Shown here: positions 26,043 to 35,835 of the stretch, one piece after another
How positions within the stretch are numbered: position 1 is the stretch's first letter
Layout of the letters: each line of letters begins with the position of its first letter
IMG/VR virus record: IMGVR_UViG_3300035698_023471
Source: an uncultured virus (IMG/VR IMGVR_UViG_3300035698_023471)
Lineage: Duplodnaviria > Heunggongvirae > Uroviricota > Caudoviricetes
Length of the DNA stretch: 54,707 nucleotides
Strand: one strand, 5' to 3'
Translations under genes and position numbers: made by a program
Notes under the pieces: model-generated
Told to the model about the DNA's origin: nothing
Database searches by the model: none
The model's input: only the letters and a program-made list of their open reading frames with translations

Positions 26043-26762
26043 TTGAAAATGAGAATACCAAAAGCACTAATGGCGGTTCGGTTCTTGGTGAACCCCTCCT
26101 CTGGGAATAAGACGACGGGTCCCATCGTAGTATCCAAGTCGGACAAGTCTACTTGTCCGTGGACCTGTCCGTTGCGGAAACATGGTTGTTATGCCGAATC
26201 GGGTCCCGTCGTGATGCACTGGAACAATCTTGTCAACACGGGAGTCGATTTTGTTAAATTCGTGAGACAGATTCGACAATTGACGAACGGTTTTTTCTTC
26301 CGTTTAAGTGAAGAAGGGGATCTTCCGGGGAATGGTAAGTCTGGACGTTTGTACAAGTCGATGTGTCTACCCTTGGCAAAGGCTTGTCGTCACCTCAAGG
26401 CTTGGACGTATACACACTATCGTCCGACCAAACATAACGAACCAATTTTGAGGGAAATGAATGAGACGATGAACGTCAATCTGTCGGCAAACACTATGCA
26501 AACCGCCGACGATTATTTCGCAAAGGGATTTGACGTTTGTCTTTCAGTTCCCAAAGATTTTCCAATGATCGGTTCCAAGTCTCCCAATGGGGTTCAATTG
26601 GTTGCTTGTCCCAATAAGATGGGGAAAGTGGAGAACTGTATGAAGTGCGGCAACGGGGACCCATTGTGTCACCGAAAGAATCGGAAATATATCATTCTCT
26701 TTCCGGCTCATAAGGCGACTAGGTTGGTTGCCGCCGTCTTCGACGGATTCAAACTACAGTAG
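26043..26762 (+). CDS. Cys-rich phage protein, Gp88-like
   Basis: GNKTTGP..TCPWTCPL..GCYA, FRLSEEGD, AWTYTH, VNLSAN, CP..CxxC..LC..R..IILFPAH motifs. Confidence 0.55.
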   Translation: MKMRIPKALMAVRFLVNPSSGNKTTGPIVVSKSDKSTCPWTCPLRKHGCYAESGPVVMHWNNLVNTGVDFVKFVRQIRQLTNGFFFRLSEEGDLPGNGKSGRLYKSMCLPLAKACRHLKAWTYTHYRPTKHNEPILREMNETMNVNLSANTMQTADDYFAKGFDVCLSVPKDFPMIGSKSPNGVQLVACPNKMGKVENCMKCGNGDPLCHRKNRKYIILFPAHKATRLVAAVFDGFKLQ

Positions 26763-26897
26763 TTGACAGTCGAAGAGATTCATGGTATGATGGTTTTAGA
26801 GTCGGGGGGACAACGGGCTTCATGCCCGGTGGCCCCCGAAACGGATCAGCCCTCACCCCCGACTCTTGCTTAACTCACACGGGAAAGGAGAACGAAG

Positions 26898-27281
26898 ATG
26901 TCTTGTGACACCTATTATCAAGCAGCCGTAGATCCGGGGAGTATTTCGCCACCATTGGAGGATGAAGAGGTAGAGCAGGTCAATGCGAAAATCCTGAGCG
27001 ACCGGTGGCCGTGGGGGGTGACCGCTGACAGAATCACAACTCCTCCAGACCCTTTTCGTCAAGATTATGACGGTGAGGAGAGTGATGCTTCCACGTTGGC
27101 ATTCATCGTGGAAACCATTCTCTCGATTCGTCCAGACGTTGAGGTTGAAGGGGTTTTCTACATGACCTATTCTGATGATGACTCGATGGACAGATTGGAA
27201 ATTCTCGACGGCAAGGTCTACTCAAGTTATCGAAACTTTTCCTTCACGGAAAATGAACTAGAAGAGCCTTGGAAAGAATAG
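26898..27281 (+). CDS. acidic hypothetical protein
   Basis: AAGGAG SD, D/E-rich. Confidence 0.75.
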   Translation: MSCDTYYQAAVDPGSISPPLEDEEVEQVNAKILSDRWPWGVTADRITTPPDPFRQDYDGEESDASTLAFIVETILSIRPDVEVEGVFYMTYSDDDSMDRLEILDGKVYSSYRNFSFTENELEEPWKE

Positions 27282-27286
27282 AAAAC

Positions 27287-27514
27287 ATGAAAACGAAAAG
27301 TTTCATTGCCAAAGTAGTCGCCAAGACGGGTCTCTTGAGTGGTGGTGTCAAGTCCAATTCATCGTCCAGATTTGAGCGTGAGAGACACGCTCAAATGTGG
27401 CTCGATGTGATCGTTGGAGGTTCAAACGGGACTGCAAAGATCGACAAAGATCAAACGGGAGTGTTTCCCTCTAAACTGAAGCCTGAAATCATGGCGAAGG
27501 ACATCGAAGGATGA
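27287..27514 (+). CDS. hypothetical protein
   Basis: MKTKSFIA..., operon context. Confidence 0.65.
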   Translation: MKTKSFIAKVVAKTGLLSGGVKSNSSSRFERERHAQMWLDVIVGGSNGTAKIDKDQTGVFPSKLKPEIMAKDIEG

Positions 27515-27518
27515 GACT

Positions 27519-27827
27519 ATGAGTGCTGAGAGAAAAATAATCAAATCTGGCCCCTGGCATCTGAGGTTTTTCTGTAAATGTGGTTGGTCCTACACAAATA
27601 CATTTGAAGATCCATTTTTTGGCCCAGAAAGATGTCCAGAATGTGGAAATTGGCATGGATCTCCAGGCGGTTGGCTGGGGGCTTCCCGAGAGTTGAAAGA
27701 ACGCGGTTGGAAAGAAATTGTGGTGAGGGAAAACAGAACGGGAGTTCGGGGAAGATGGTTTTGGAGACAAATGAGAATGGAATTCGAGACTCATTCAGAT
27801 TGGATTAAGAAAAATGAAATTTCCTAA
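27519..27827 (+). CDS. zinc-ribbon-like hypothetical protein
   Basis: CKCG...CPECG. Confidence 0.65.
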   Translation: MSAERKIIKSGPWHLRFFCKCGWSYTNTFEDPFFGPERCPECGNWHGSPGGWLGASRELKERGWKEIVVRENRTGVRGRWFWRQMRMEFETHSDWIKKNEIS

Positions 27828-28047
27828 CGAATCATATATCAAAGCAGTGAAAGAACTTGTCAAGGATTTTCGTGAAGGTGATAGGGACCCTGGAAATCTG
27901 TCCATCATTCGTGGGGTCGCCATGAAGATCATCCCAGAATTATGGGGTCCGCGAAAACCTTACCTAGATCGGCTAGATGAGTTTCGAGAAGACGAAACGA
28001 AAGCAGTTGAAGCGATAGAAGAATGGCTTGAAAGGATTGAAATATGA
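27814..28047 (+). CDS. hypothetical protein
   Basis: operon context. Confidence 0.65.
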   Translation: MKFPNESYIKAVKELVKDFREGDRDPGNLSIIRGVAMKIIPELWGPRKPYLDRLDEFREDETKAVEAIEEWLERIEI

Positions 28048-28550
28048 TACCGAAATTCTTGAAAATTCCATGCAGTTACAATAGCGATTTTGGAGACCTG
28101 CAATCTTGCACTGCATTTGTGAGCCTGGAAGGTCTCAAAGAAACTCAGTCACTCATGAAAGACTTGCGAAAGCAACGCCCTCACTCTACAATCCTGCAAG
28201 GAATGTCCAACTTTTCTTTCAGCGATCAACCTGATGAACTACTTGAGGATGACAAATTTAAGACTCGCGGACTGAAGATTGTGGCCAAAGAATACAGGGT
28301 TGTAACAGAATTTATACCCGACTGCGACGACAATCCTACAATCTGGAACAGCGATCTGGAAATTTTCTACATCGGTGAAACAACTTTGGCTTTCCAGTAC
28401 CGAATGGAAATCAAACATTGCGGGACGATTGTCTTCAGTGTTTGCATTGAAGAAGGCTCCCTCAATGACATCATCGAAGAGTGGGAACTCCTCATCCGTG
28501 AAGACGATGAAGAGGCTTGGAATGACCCAAGCTACACAAGAGAGGACTAG
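28044..28550 (+). CDS. hypothetical protein
   Basis: 168 aa, ATGA coupling. Confidence 0.75.
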   Translation: MIPKFLKIPCSYNSDFGDLQSCTAFVSLEGLKETQSLMKDLRKQRPHSTILQGMSNFSFSDQPDELLEDDKFKTRGLKIVAKEYRVVTEFIPDCDDNPTIWNSDLEIFYIGETTLAFQYRMEIKHCGTIVFSVCIEEGSLNDIIEEWELLIREDDEEAWNDPSYTRED

Positions 28551-28557
28551 TGATGAA

Positions 28558-28770
28558 ATGGCGGAATACACAGACGCACAGATCGACGCGGCACCGGCTC
28601 TATTAAAAGAGTTTCTTGAGGGAATGCCAGAAATCGTTGTTAACAGAGATTCTCCACAAGTAGAAGCTCAAGTCGGACTCAGTGATATCGTCACAGATTG
28701 TCATGATGGTGACGATCACGCTTACATTCAAGAATCATTTGTAAAATTCTTGGAACAATTCCACTGTTGA
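28558..28770 (+). CDS. hypothetical protein
   Basis: MAEYTDAQ..., GAGGA SD. Confidence 0.65.
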   Translation: MAEYTDAQIDAAPALLKEFLEGMPEIVVNRDSPQVEAQVGLSDIVTDCHDGDDHAYIQESFVKFLEQFHC

Positions 28771-28782
28771 GAGGGAAAACAA

Positions 28783-29007
28783 ATGCCAAAATATATCGTT
28801 GAAATTAACTTACCACCGAATCCGACATTTGAAAACTTCACACCTGAAGAAGTCGCTGTCGATGTCTGTCAAAGTTTGGAACAAAATCTGGAATCTCACT
28901 ATCCGCCATCCCACCACCTGTTACCGAACCGCGACAGATATCAAGTGGTCTGTAGCCATGTCAGTGATCCGCTATTCATCGGCGGAGAGAAAGAGACGAA
29001 GACATGA
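28783..29007 (+). CDS. hypothetical protein
   Basis: GAGGG SD. Confidence 0.65.
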   Translation: MPKYIVEINLPPNPTFENFTPEEVAVDVCQSLEQNLESHYPPSHHLLPNRDRYQVVCSHVSDPLFIGGEKETKT

Positions 29008-29204
29008 AATGCTTTCCGGGGTTTCACGTTTGGGAAATCATCGAGAGTAAGGAGTCCGAATCTCCTTTGGAAATTGCTCGATCAAATGGAGTCGGACTAT
29101 GCGATCAGATATCGACAGAGGAAATCCTTCAGGTATCACGAAGACCCTTGATCGTCGCCTACAAGTGTAGTAAATGTGGTACTCAAAAAGTAGTGAAAGG
29201 ATGA
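29004..29204 (+). CDS. hypothetical protein (C..H..CxxC)
   Basis: ATGA coupling. Confidence 0.65.
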   Translation: MKCFPGFHVWEIIESKESESPLEIARSNGVGLCDQISTEEILQVSRRPLIVAYKCSKCGTQKVVKG

Positions 29205-29207
29205 GGA

Positions 29208-29402
29208 ATGCAAACCCAACAGAAGATCGTATTCACAAAGGTAGAAACAATGGAAATGGTTTCTCTCTTCCTGCAACATCATGCCCGACCGGAAATAGGG
29301 AAAAACATCTCACTCACGGGGGGCGATGACGACATGAACTTTCTCATCATCACCGCTGACGAATCGACAACTCTGACGCATGAGAACGGCAAGAAAATGT
29401 AG
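29208..29402 (+). CDS. hypothetical protein
   Basis: operon context. Confidence 0.6.
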   Translation: MQTQQKIVFTKVETMEMVSLFLQHHARPEIGKNISLTGGDDDMNFLIITADESTTLTHENGKKM

Positions 29403-29436
29403 TATAGTAGTAAGGACTTTCTATTTAAGGGAGGAA

Positions 29437-29625
29437 ATGGAAATGCCATCTAACTCTGCCATCCTGAAACAAATCGAGATTTGCTTCGATAATGCTGACA
29501 AGCAATTGAATTATGAGGCAACTCAAGCAAAGATTCGAGACTTAGATCCATCCATGAAGGGTTGTCTCTTGACAGCCCTTCAATGTCACAATGAAGAGAA
29601 GGTGATTCAAATCATAGAAGAATGA
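29437..29625 (+). CDS. hypothetical protein
   Basis: GGAGG SD. Confidence 0.6.
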   Translation: MEMPSNSAILKQIEICFDNADKQLNYEATQAKIRDLDPSMKGCLLTALQCHNEEKVIQIIEE

Positions 29626-29657
29626 TCTTCCGGGGGATCTTTCAGATCCCCCTTCCC

Positions 29658-29865
29658 TTTATTTCCTCAGTCATCCTAACTAACTTCATAACTTAAGTTT
29701 TACATCTGTAAAACTCATAGTCAAGCCTTTCCCTAAGCCTATTATAAGGGTATTATAGTATTATATTATATATAGTTATTTCCTAGGTAAGTTCTTACCG
29801 ACATCATTTTCCTTAATAACATATGCTTTCCTAAAACTTATGTCTTGTTTGAAATAGTTGACAAT
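29658..29865 (+). repeat. ~200-bp intergenic module, copy B
   Basis: Near-identical to 25599-25792. Confidence 0.9.
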
Positions 29866-30184
29866 ACCTCTCATCTGTGATAATATCGTGTGTGTACGTG
29901 GGAAACAGTTTTATTCACACGGGTGAGGGAGTCACAAAAACAGAGATAGGATATAGTTGACAATGGAAGTGAGCCATGGTAGACTGGTGATAGAAAGTGA
30001 GAGATGAATGGAAACGCTCGTATGTATCTTGGTGGTACTCAGTATCGGTTTTCCTTCAGCGGGAATTGGAATTTTAGTTAAGACGATCATGTTTGAAGGT
30101 TGGCACCGCCGACCGGAAGGTAGTTGACAATATATCCGAGATAGGATATAGTGATGCCAACAAATCAGAAAGGGGTTAACGCTC

Positions 30185-31138
30185 ATGGCAAAGATGGAAA
30201 TCAAGCTTCAAGAAGACGAGAGTGTGTGTGACGCAATCCGGAGGGCTGACAACGGTCCTCTTCCGATCATCAATTTCGAGGTGGAGAAACTACCGAACGA
30301 ATCGGTTCTTCATACGACCGACGATCATGGTGTGAGTTGTGAACAGCGATTCACTTCCTTCAGCCAGTCCATACGTCGGGCCGATGATCCCAACGTCGAA
30401 CTAGGTGTGGCCACCGGTTCGGTCGGGGGAGAGTATCAGACCGTCCCCAACATGGAAGCTATCGCAATGTTCTATCCCGTCCACGACGACATGCCTTCGG
30501 ACATCGTCATCTGGAATGCCGATAAGGGACGTAGGTGTGGAGTCGAGGCAAAGACCCTCACCACCGCCATCGGGACAGAACAGTGGATCGGTCGAACCAC
30601 CGTCCAAAATTCCTTCGACCTGACAAGATCCCTGGAAACCTCCTGTGTGTTGGTCCGGGCATCCGATGGTCTCCGGTACCCGGTGACCTTGCAAGGTGGT
30701 GTGCAGGCAGTGAAGCACACCAAGAATGCCAAGATTCGAGCGGACAAAGTTTCCAAGTATAGGGAACAAATCCGAGAAGTGTTGGATGAGCAAGTAATGC
30801 TCATGCACCAATTCTCCCGATTCAATTTGGATTGGACGACTTTCAAGAACATTCTCTTGAAAGCCTGTCCCATCTACGATCCCGACAAGGCCACTGGAGG
30901 CCGTGGAATCACGAGACGAACCAACATGGTCGTCAAGATCTCCAAACGCTGTCACGGGGCTGCTACGGCTCTGGATTGCCTTCTGGGGTTCATGACCTAC
31001 CTGTCGTTGGATGCGGCAGCACGGTCCTGTGAAGGTAAGGACAAGGAAGAGGTCAAGTTCCTCTCCTTGACCGATGGAGACAAGTTCGGCAAGTTGAAGG
31101 CCGCTCAGAAGGCCGTCTTCGAGCACATGAGTGCGTGA
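30185..31138 (+). CDS. DUF932/DUF945-like phage protein
   Basis: LGV..VGGEYQTVPN.EA, NSFD..RSL and VKHTKNA motifs resemble DUF932. Confidence 0.5.
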   Translation: MAKMEIKLQEDESVCDAIRRADNGPLPIINFEVEKLPNESVLHTTDDHGVSCEQRFTSFSQSIRRADDPNVELGVATGSVGGEYQTVPNMEAIAMFYPVHDDMPSDIVIWNADKGRRCGVEAKTLTTAIGTEQWIGRTTVQNSFDLTRSLETSCVLVRASDGLRYPVTLQGGVQAVKHTKNAKIRADKVSKYREQIREVLDEQVMLMHQFSRFNLDWTTFKNILLKACPIYDPDKATGGRGITRRTNMVVKISKRCHGAATALDCLLGFMTYLSLDAAARSCEGKDKEEVKFLSLTDGDKFGKLKAAQKAVFEHMSA

Positions 31139-31193
31139 GATTCTATGAGAGTGGGACACAAGTGTCCCACTCTCTTCTCGGAAAGGCGAAGTC

Positions 31194-31391
31194 ATGAAAA
31201 TGTCATTTTGGTGTCATTGCGGACAAGAGATAGACATGAGCCTTGTCGAAATGGCTTGTGATGAAGACTTGCAAGAGATGAAATTCACCATCGGATCATG
31301 CATGAACTGTTACGGGAAAGCCCTTGACTCGGGGATCGAGATAGGGGAACGAATAGCTGTAAAAATGTCAAGACCAGTGGAGGATAGTTAA
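31194..31391 (+). CDS. hypothetical protein (CxCG..CxxC)
   Basis: 65 aa. Confidence 0.6.
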   Translation: MKMSFWCHCGQEIDMSLVEMACDEDLQEMKFTIGSCMNCYGKALDSGIEIGERIAVKMSRPVEDS

Positions 31392-31392
31392 A

Positions 31393-31686
31393 ATGGAAGT
31401 TGGAAATAAACTTTATCTAGTTCTACACAAGAAAACAGATGAATTACTTTCTATATCAAATGATGTAGAAGATAGTGTAGAAAAAGAAATTGTTGAAATT
31501 AAAGAAATCATCTCACAAGGAGATAATTTTCTAGTCAAAACAAAGAGAAGAGAAATACTTATCGAAAAATCTTCTGCAAGAAAAATTGACGATCTCGATT
31601 TTTTGATATTCTCTCCTCACAACAATCTAATTGGATTCAAAAAACATTCTCCAGTTTGGGAGGCTGAGGGGAGATTACTATCTTAA
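31393..31686 (+). CDS. hypothetical protein
   Basis: GGAGG SD. Confidence 0.7.
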   Translation: MEVGNKLYLVLHKKTDELLSISNDVEDSVEKEIVEIKEIISQGDNFLVKTKRREILIEKSSARKIDDLDFLIFSPHNNLIGFKKHSPVWEAEGRLLS

Positions 31687-31734
31687 ACAATATGGAGAAA
31701 ACAACATGAAAGTGAATGATAGAGAGAAATCGTC

Positions 31735-32073
31735 ATGAAATACAATGTCAACACAAGTAGAAAGATCTCGCTCGTGAAAAAATTCATGAGAATTTTCTAC
31801 AAGATTGGATCGGAAGGAGAGATGGCGAAACGCTTGTGTTTGATTCGCTTGAGGTTCTTGAAGGAGGGACACAACTACGTTGACTTAGATTTGATCGAGA
31901 CCTTTCTAGAAGAACAAGACATAAGCGTCAGACACACCTTCTTCGTGGACTTGGATCAAGAGACGAAGGATCGACTTCTTTCTACATTCTACATCCTCTA
32001 CGATTTACACGGTATTCCTCAGCGGAAAAGTAAGTTCGATAGATTCTGTGAAGAAAGGAATTTTGAGTTATGA
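31735..32073 (+). CDS. hypothetical protein
   Basis: 112 aa. Confidence 0.65.
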   Translation: MKYNVNTSRKISLVKKFMRIFYKIGSEGEMAKRLCLIRLRFLKEGHNYVDLDLIETFLEEQDISVRHTFFVDLDQETKDRLLSTFYILYDLHGIPQRKSKFDRFCEERNFEL

Positions 32074-32348
32074 AAGGCGCTTGCGTCAAGTGTGAACATT
32101 GTTTAAAACTTGAATTGTTTTATCTCTGCAAACATCCAGACAAGATTATACATGTAGACAACCTGGTGACTGGTGAAGAAGAGACAAGTCTTGTTCAGTG
32201 TTACCATTTAAACTATGAGAGTGAGCCATGCGACACCTTCGAGGAAGGTTCTCCCGAGATTAAGAGGGGATTGATTTACCAAGGTCTTCGTTGGCTTTGG
32301 AATCAAACCAAGTCCTTCTGCTTCGATCCCAGGTCAGACATTCACTGA
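32070..32348 (+). CDS. Cys-rich hypothetical protein
   Basis: CxxCxHC; ATGA coupling. Confidence 0.65.
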   Translation: MKGACVKCEHCLKLELFYLCKHPDKIIHVDNLVTGEEETSLVQCYHLNYESEPCDTFEEGSPEIKRGLIYQGLRWLWNQTKSFCFDPRSDIH

Positions 32349-32380
32349 CATCAACCCTATATAAGGAAATTTAATGTCGC

Positions 32381-32594
32381 AAATAAGATATTGCTATGTC
32401 TTATTCCTTATTGAAAAGAGGGAGGTTTCACAGCGTGTGATTTTTCGTGAAGACTACTACGTATTACTTCACGAAAAATCACACGCTGTGAAACCTCCCT
32501 CAAAATTTCCTGACATCTTAAATAAGATATTGCTATGTCTTATTTGATGACGAAAACACACCCCTCTTCTAAAGAAATTTAGAAGAGGGGTGTG
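32381..32594. repeat. cluster of long inverted repeats
   Basis: 35-bp perfect arms 32418-32452/32467-32501; flanking 25-bp direct repeats at 32381 and 32520; 17-bp perfect arms 32557-32594. Confidence 0.9.
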
Positions 32595-32691
32595 AACTAA
32601 GGCAGATAAGATTTACTGAATCGAGAGAGGGGAAGAAAAGAGTTGACTATGAGTTCATTTTGTGATACCATTCTGACAGTGGAGGTGAACG

Positions 32692-33144
32692 ATGGAGCCT
32701 GACCCTTATGAAAAGATGGAAGCATTCAATTTCATCGGCCAAGTAGTTGCACAACGAGTTCATGACTACGGATACGATCCCGCTCAACCTTTGACTTGCC
32801 GAGATGCTGAAGTGATGAATCTCGGAATTCAACTGAAGTTCCTAGGACAAGCGATGAAAGAGGGAGATCCCGTCGCTCTTGACGACTTCGATGCTGCTTT
32901 GGAAGCGATTCAATCCTTCTGTGAAGTGAAAGAGCCTGACTTGAGTGAGGATCACGAAGGACGTTGTTTCCTCAAAGCCTGTGAGGAATTGCAGGAAATG
33001 AAGCCACAATTGATACAACAACTCGCAAAGTTCTTGGAAACGATGATTCGACAATCGAACGTGGAGAAGGAAGAACCAGTGGTCAAATCTCCTCCTTGGT
33101 GGAAGAGGTTGTTCAAATACATTTATCGAAAGGAATCAAATTAA
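32692..33144 (+). CDS. hypothetical protein
   Basis: GGAGGT SD after promoter 32643. Confidence 0.75.
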   Translation: MEPDPYEKMEAFNFIGQVVAQRVHDYGYDPAQPLTCRDAEVMNLGIQLKFLGQAMKEGDPVALDDFDAALEAIQSFCEVKEPDLSEDHEGRCFLKACEELQEMKPQLIQQLAKFLETMIRQSNVEKEEPVVKSPPWWKRLFKYIYRKESN

Positions 33145-33145
33145 C

Positions 33146-33784
33146 ATGGCTGAGATCGACCAAACCACAAGAGGCATAGAAGTACTCTTTGAAGATGACG
33201 CCATCGAAAATTCGACCGATCCGTTCGTGATTCAAATCCGAAACAAGTGTCCAGAACGAGTGACGAGGGAGGATGTGAGGGACGATCTTGCTCTCGCAAA
33301 TATTTGCGATAAATATTATCTTCGCATCTTGCCGAGAGAAGGGGTTCGCACCGATTTGACCATCTATTTCGATGACAACGAGACCACAGGAGCGATGGTC
33401 ATTCATGGAGAGCATTTGGATGTGGCGATCATGACTGTCACTGAACTCATCGGCCTTCAAGAGAGAACGGACAACGCTTTCGTCTGCTGCATCTACGGTG
33501 GTCTTTTCTCTGGAAGATGGGCGGTGATGGGAATCAAGAAAGAGGGTCTTTACATCATTCGAGAGATGAACGTCCTTCCCAAAGACGAAGACAAGGTCTT
33601 CATCACAATCAACAATCTTGTGGAAGGGGATGAAACTTTCCTACAAGCCAAGAATGATGAAGCCGAAGGCAAGAGGAACAAGAGTGAAGAACTTCCGGAC
33701 ATCTTCGCTCCTTACGAAAATCCGAAATATGTCAAACTCGTAGAGGATCATGAAGCCGCAAAGGCAACAAAGGAGAGCGTTTAA
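33146..33784 (+). CDS. hypothetical protein, paralog of 43589..44278
   Basis: MAEIDQTTRGIEVL..PFVIQIR..IFAPYENPKYVKLV. Confidence 0.8.
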   Translation: MAEIDQTTRGIEVLFEDDAIENSTDPFVIQIRNKCPERVTREDVRDDLALANICDKYYLRILPREGVRTDLTIYFDDNETTGAMVIHGEHLDVAIMTVTELIGLQERTDNAFVCCIYGGLFSGRWAVMGIKKEGLYIIREMNVLPKDEDKVFITINNLVEGDETFLQAKNDEAEGKRNKSEELPDIFAPYENPKYVKLVEDHEAAKATKESV

Positions 33785-33785
33785 C

Positions 33786-33932
33786 ATGGACAACGACATC
33801 AGAACCTTGCTCAAAGCAGTTGAAACGGTGTTGGAACAACGAGATGAAGTAGATGATGAGATCGAATTCGTCTCGACAGAATCCTTGGATGCTCTGTCCA
33901 AGGCTCATCGGAACGTGTTAGTGAGAGCCTAA
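33786..33932 (+). CDS. small hypothetical protein
   Basis: MDNDIRT..., AAGGAG SD. Confidence 0.55.
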   Translation: MDNDIRTLLKAVETVLEQRDEVDDEIEFVSTESLDALSKAHRNVLVRA

Positions 33933-34050
33933 ACGAAAATGGAAACCACAGTGGCAACCAATTGGAATGAAATCGCAGGATCGATTTGTCTCGCAGTAGT
34001 TTGCGTCTCCGTAGCATATTTCAATTACAAGAAAGGAAATCTGTGAACTC

Positions 34051-34311
34051 ATGTCTAGAGCGAGAGACTTAATCAACAGTACCACGTTTGAAAATGAAAT
34101 CGAGGACCTTCCTCCCAAGGAACGATGTGAGATGATCATTCGCAAGGCAGAAGCCCTCGCGTTGATCGAGCATTTCGATAAATTGGGAGCACTTGAATCA
34201 AGACACAATGATTGGATTCAAGAGGAAATGGCATACCGAAACTCAAATAAGGCAGAAGCGGAGAAACGACACCGCTTCAATCTTCTCGAAATCAAGAGAG
34301 GGAGAGTGTGA
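34051..34311 (+). CDS. hypothetical protein
   Basis: 86 aa. Confidence 0.65.
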   Translation: MSRARDLINSTTFENEIEDLPPKERCEMIIRKAEALALIEHFDKLGALESRHNDWIQEEMAYRNSNKAEAEKRHRFNLLEIKRGRV

Positions 34312-34314
34312 ACT

Positions 34315-34911
34315 ATGAACCTGACAATCAGACAAATGCTTGACAAAACCTTTGAAAGACTTTCGGAATGTCCTACACTCGAACGCATTCCCTTGAGTGT
34401 TGTACTCAAGGGAACTTGTCGAGAGATGTATCCTTTCATGGAATTCGCCATCGAGACGCATGGCACGATGTACACCTTTTCAAGGGATGACTGGCAACTG
34501 GAATTGAAAAGATTTGAAGAGGGCGAACCCCTACGAGATGATGTCGTCATTTATGATGGCCTAACGCCGAGTTGGGAACTCGTCGGAGACGAAGATCCCG
34601 TCGATCCCAGTGTGAGAGCCGCTGAAGAGGCTGAAGAGGCTCTTTCCGACAACGACAAGATGGAACGAGTCATACAGCAACTTACTGACTTGAGAGACGA
34701 TCAATCAGATCCAGTGATCCTTACAGATCTCTACAATATCATCGACAGGTCCAAAGGAGTTCAGAAAAACATGAGCAGAAACAAATACGTTCGCATAGAG
34801 AACGATGAAGCCATCGTCATTACCGATTGCGGCTTGGAAATCCAATTCCATCCAGATGAGGCGAGAGATCTCGTCAAAGAGTTGCAAGCGGCCATCATTG
34901 AATTCGGATGA
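34315..34911 (+). CDS. acidic hypothetical protein
   Basis: 198 aa. Confidence 0.75.
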   Translation: MNLTIRQMLDKTFERLSECPTLERIPLSVVLKGTCREMYPFMEFAIETHGTMYTFSRDDWQLELKRFEEGEPLRDDVVIYDGLTPSWELVGDEDPVDPSVRAAEEAEEALSDNDKMERVIQQLTDLRDDQSDPVILTDLYNIIDRSKGVQKNMSRNKYVRIENDEAIVITDCGLEIQFHPDEARDLVKELQAAIIEFG

Positions 34912-34951
34912 AAGGGGTTGACACGGGCTTCAATTTGTGATACCATTCTGA

Positions 34952-34979
34952 CAGTTGGATGGTGCCAACCGTCCGACTG
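34952..34979 (+). promoter_or_regulatory. conserved promoter-proximal hairpin/dyad (copy 3)
   Basis: CAGTTGGATGGTGCCAACCGTCCGACTG. Confidence 0.7.
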
Positions 34980-35417
34980 GAAGATAGAGTACTAAGTGAT
35001 CAGTTGGTGTTGCTCGATGTAGTTTGATGTAGTTTGATGATTGGGGGAGTGACGAGGAGCCGCCGGGCATGCCCCGGTACAACGAAGTTTGTTGCCCTCG
35101 TCACTCCCAACAAAGAGTACTTTCGGAAAACAATATCGTACACTATAGAAGAGAAAGATCATGACTATGAGTTTGAATCAAAGATTTAAACTCAAGCCTT
35201 ATGAGTCTGGACGAGCCAGACTCAGTCAAGTTTTCGAGGAAAACATTATGCGTCATTCCATCTTACATACCTACCAAAGTAAACAGTCCCTCTGTTGTCA
35301 GAGCAAGTCTCTCAGTCTGTCCTGGCAATCCAAACAATCATCTTATTTTAATCTTAATAACTAATCTTCTGGCTTCCCCCCATCTCAAGTTTTCCTTGAA
35401 ATGAGGAGAACTCAGAA

Positions 35418-35507
35418 GGGGAAGTTGAGCAATTGGCTGCTCAGCAGATTGTAAATCTGTCGGCTCGACAAGGGCCATTGCTGGTTCAAATCCAGCCTTC
35501 CCCACCA
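35418..35507 (+). tRNA. tRNA-Tyr(GTA)
   Basis: GGGGAAG/CTTCCCC acceptor, GCAGA-TTGTAAA-TCTGT, long variable arm, CCA. Confidence 0.9.
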
Positions 35508-35509
35508 GT

Positions 35510-35586
35510 GCCTCCATAGCTCAATTGCGTAGAGCCTTCGGCTTTTAACCGAAAGATTCTTGGTTCAAATCCAAGTGGGGGTACCA
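35510..35586 (+). tRNA. tRNA-Lys(TTT)
   Basis: TTCGG-CTTTTAA-CCGAA, GGTTCAAATCC T-arm, CCA. Confidence 0.9.
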
Positions 35587-35592
35587 ATCGAA

Positions 35593-35829
35593 ATGAATAA
35601 GACATACGGAGAAATAAATTCAGGAGAATGTTTTCGAGATCACAAGGGAGTCGTTTGGATGAGGTTCAAGGACGGCACATCGATAAATATTCATTGGTTC
35701 ATCATTGATGGATGTGAAGACTGTGTTGACAAGGATGAAATATTTCAGATCGTTCCTAGATCTGAATTCGACGCGGAATACAAAGAGTGGTCCGGTTTTG
35801 ATTTTGTCATGCCAGAATATGAAGAATAA
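35593..35829 (+). CDS. hypothetical protein between tRNAs
   Basis: MNKTYGEI... Confidence 0.6.
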   Translation: MNKTYGEINSGECFRDHKGVVWMRFKDGTSINIHWFIIDGCEDCVDKDEIFQIVPRSEFDAEYKEWSGFDFVMPEYEE

Positions 35830-35835
35830 GGCAAT

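Noticed and set aside
30401..31195. Long antisense ORFs (also 44368..45138, 23048..23716, 40259..40876, 47087..47593)
   Set aside because: Shadows of sense-strand genes or tRNAs, without SD or promoter support.
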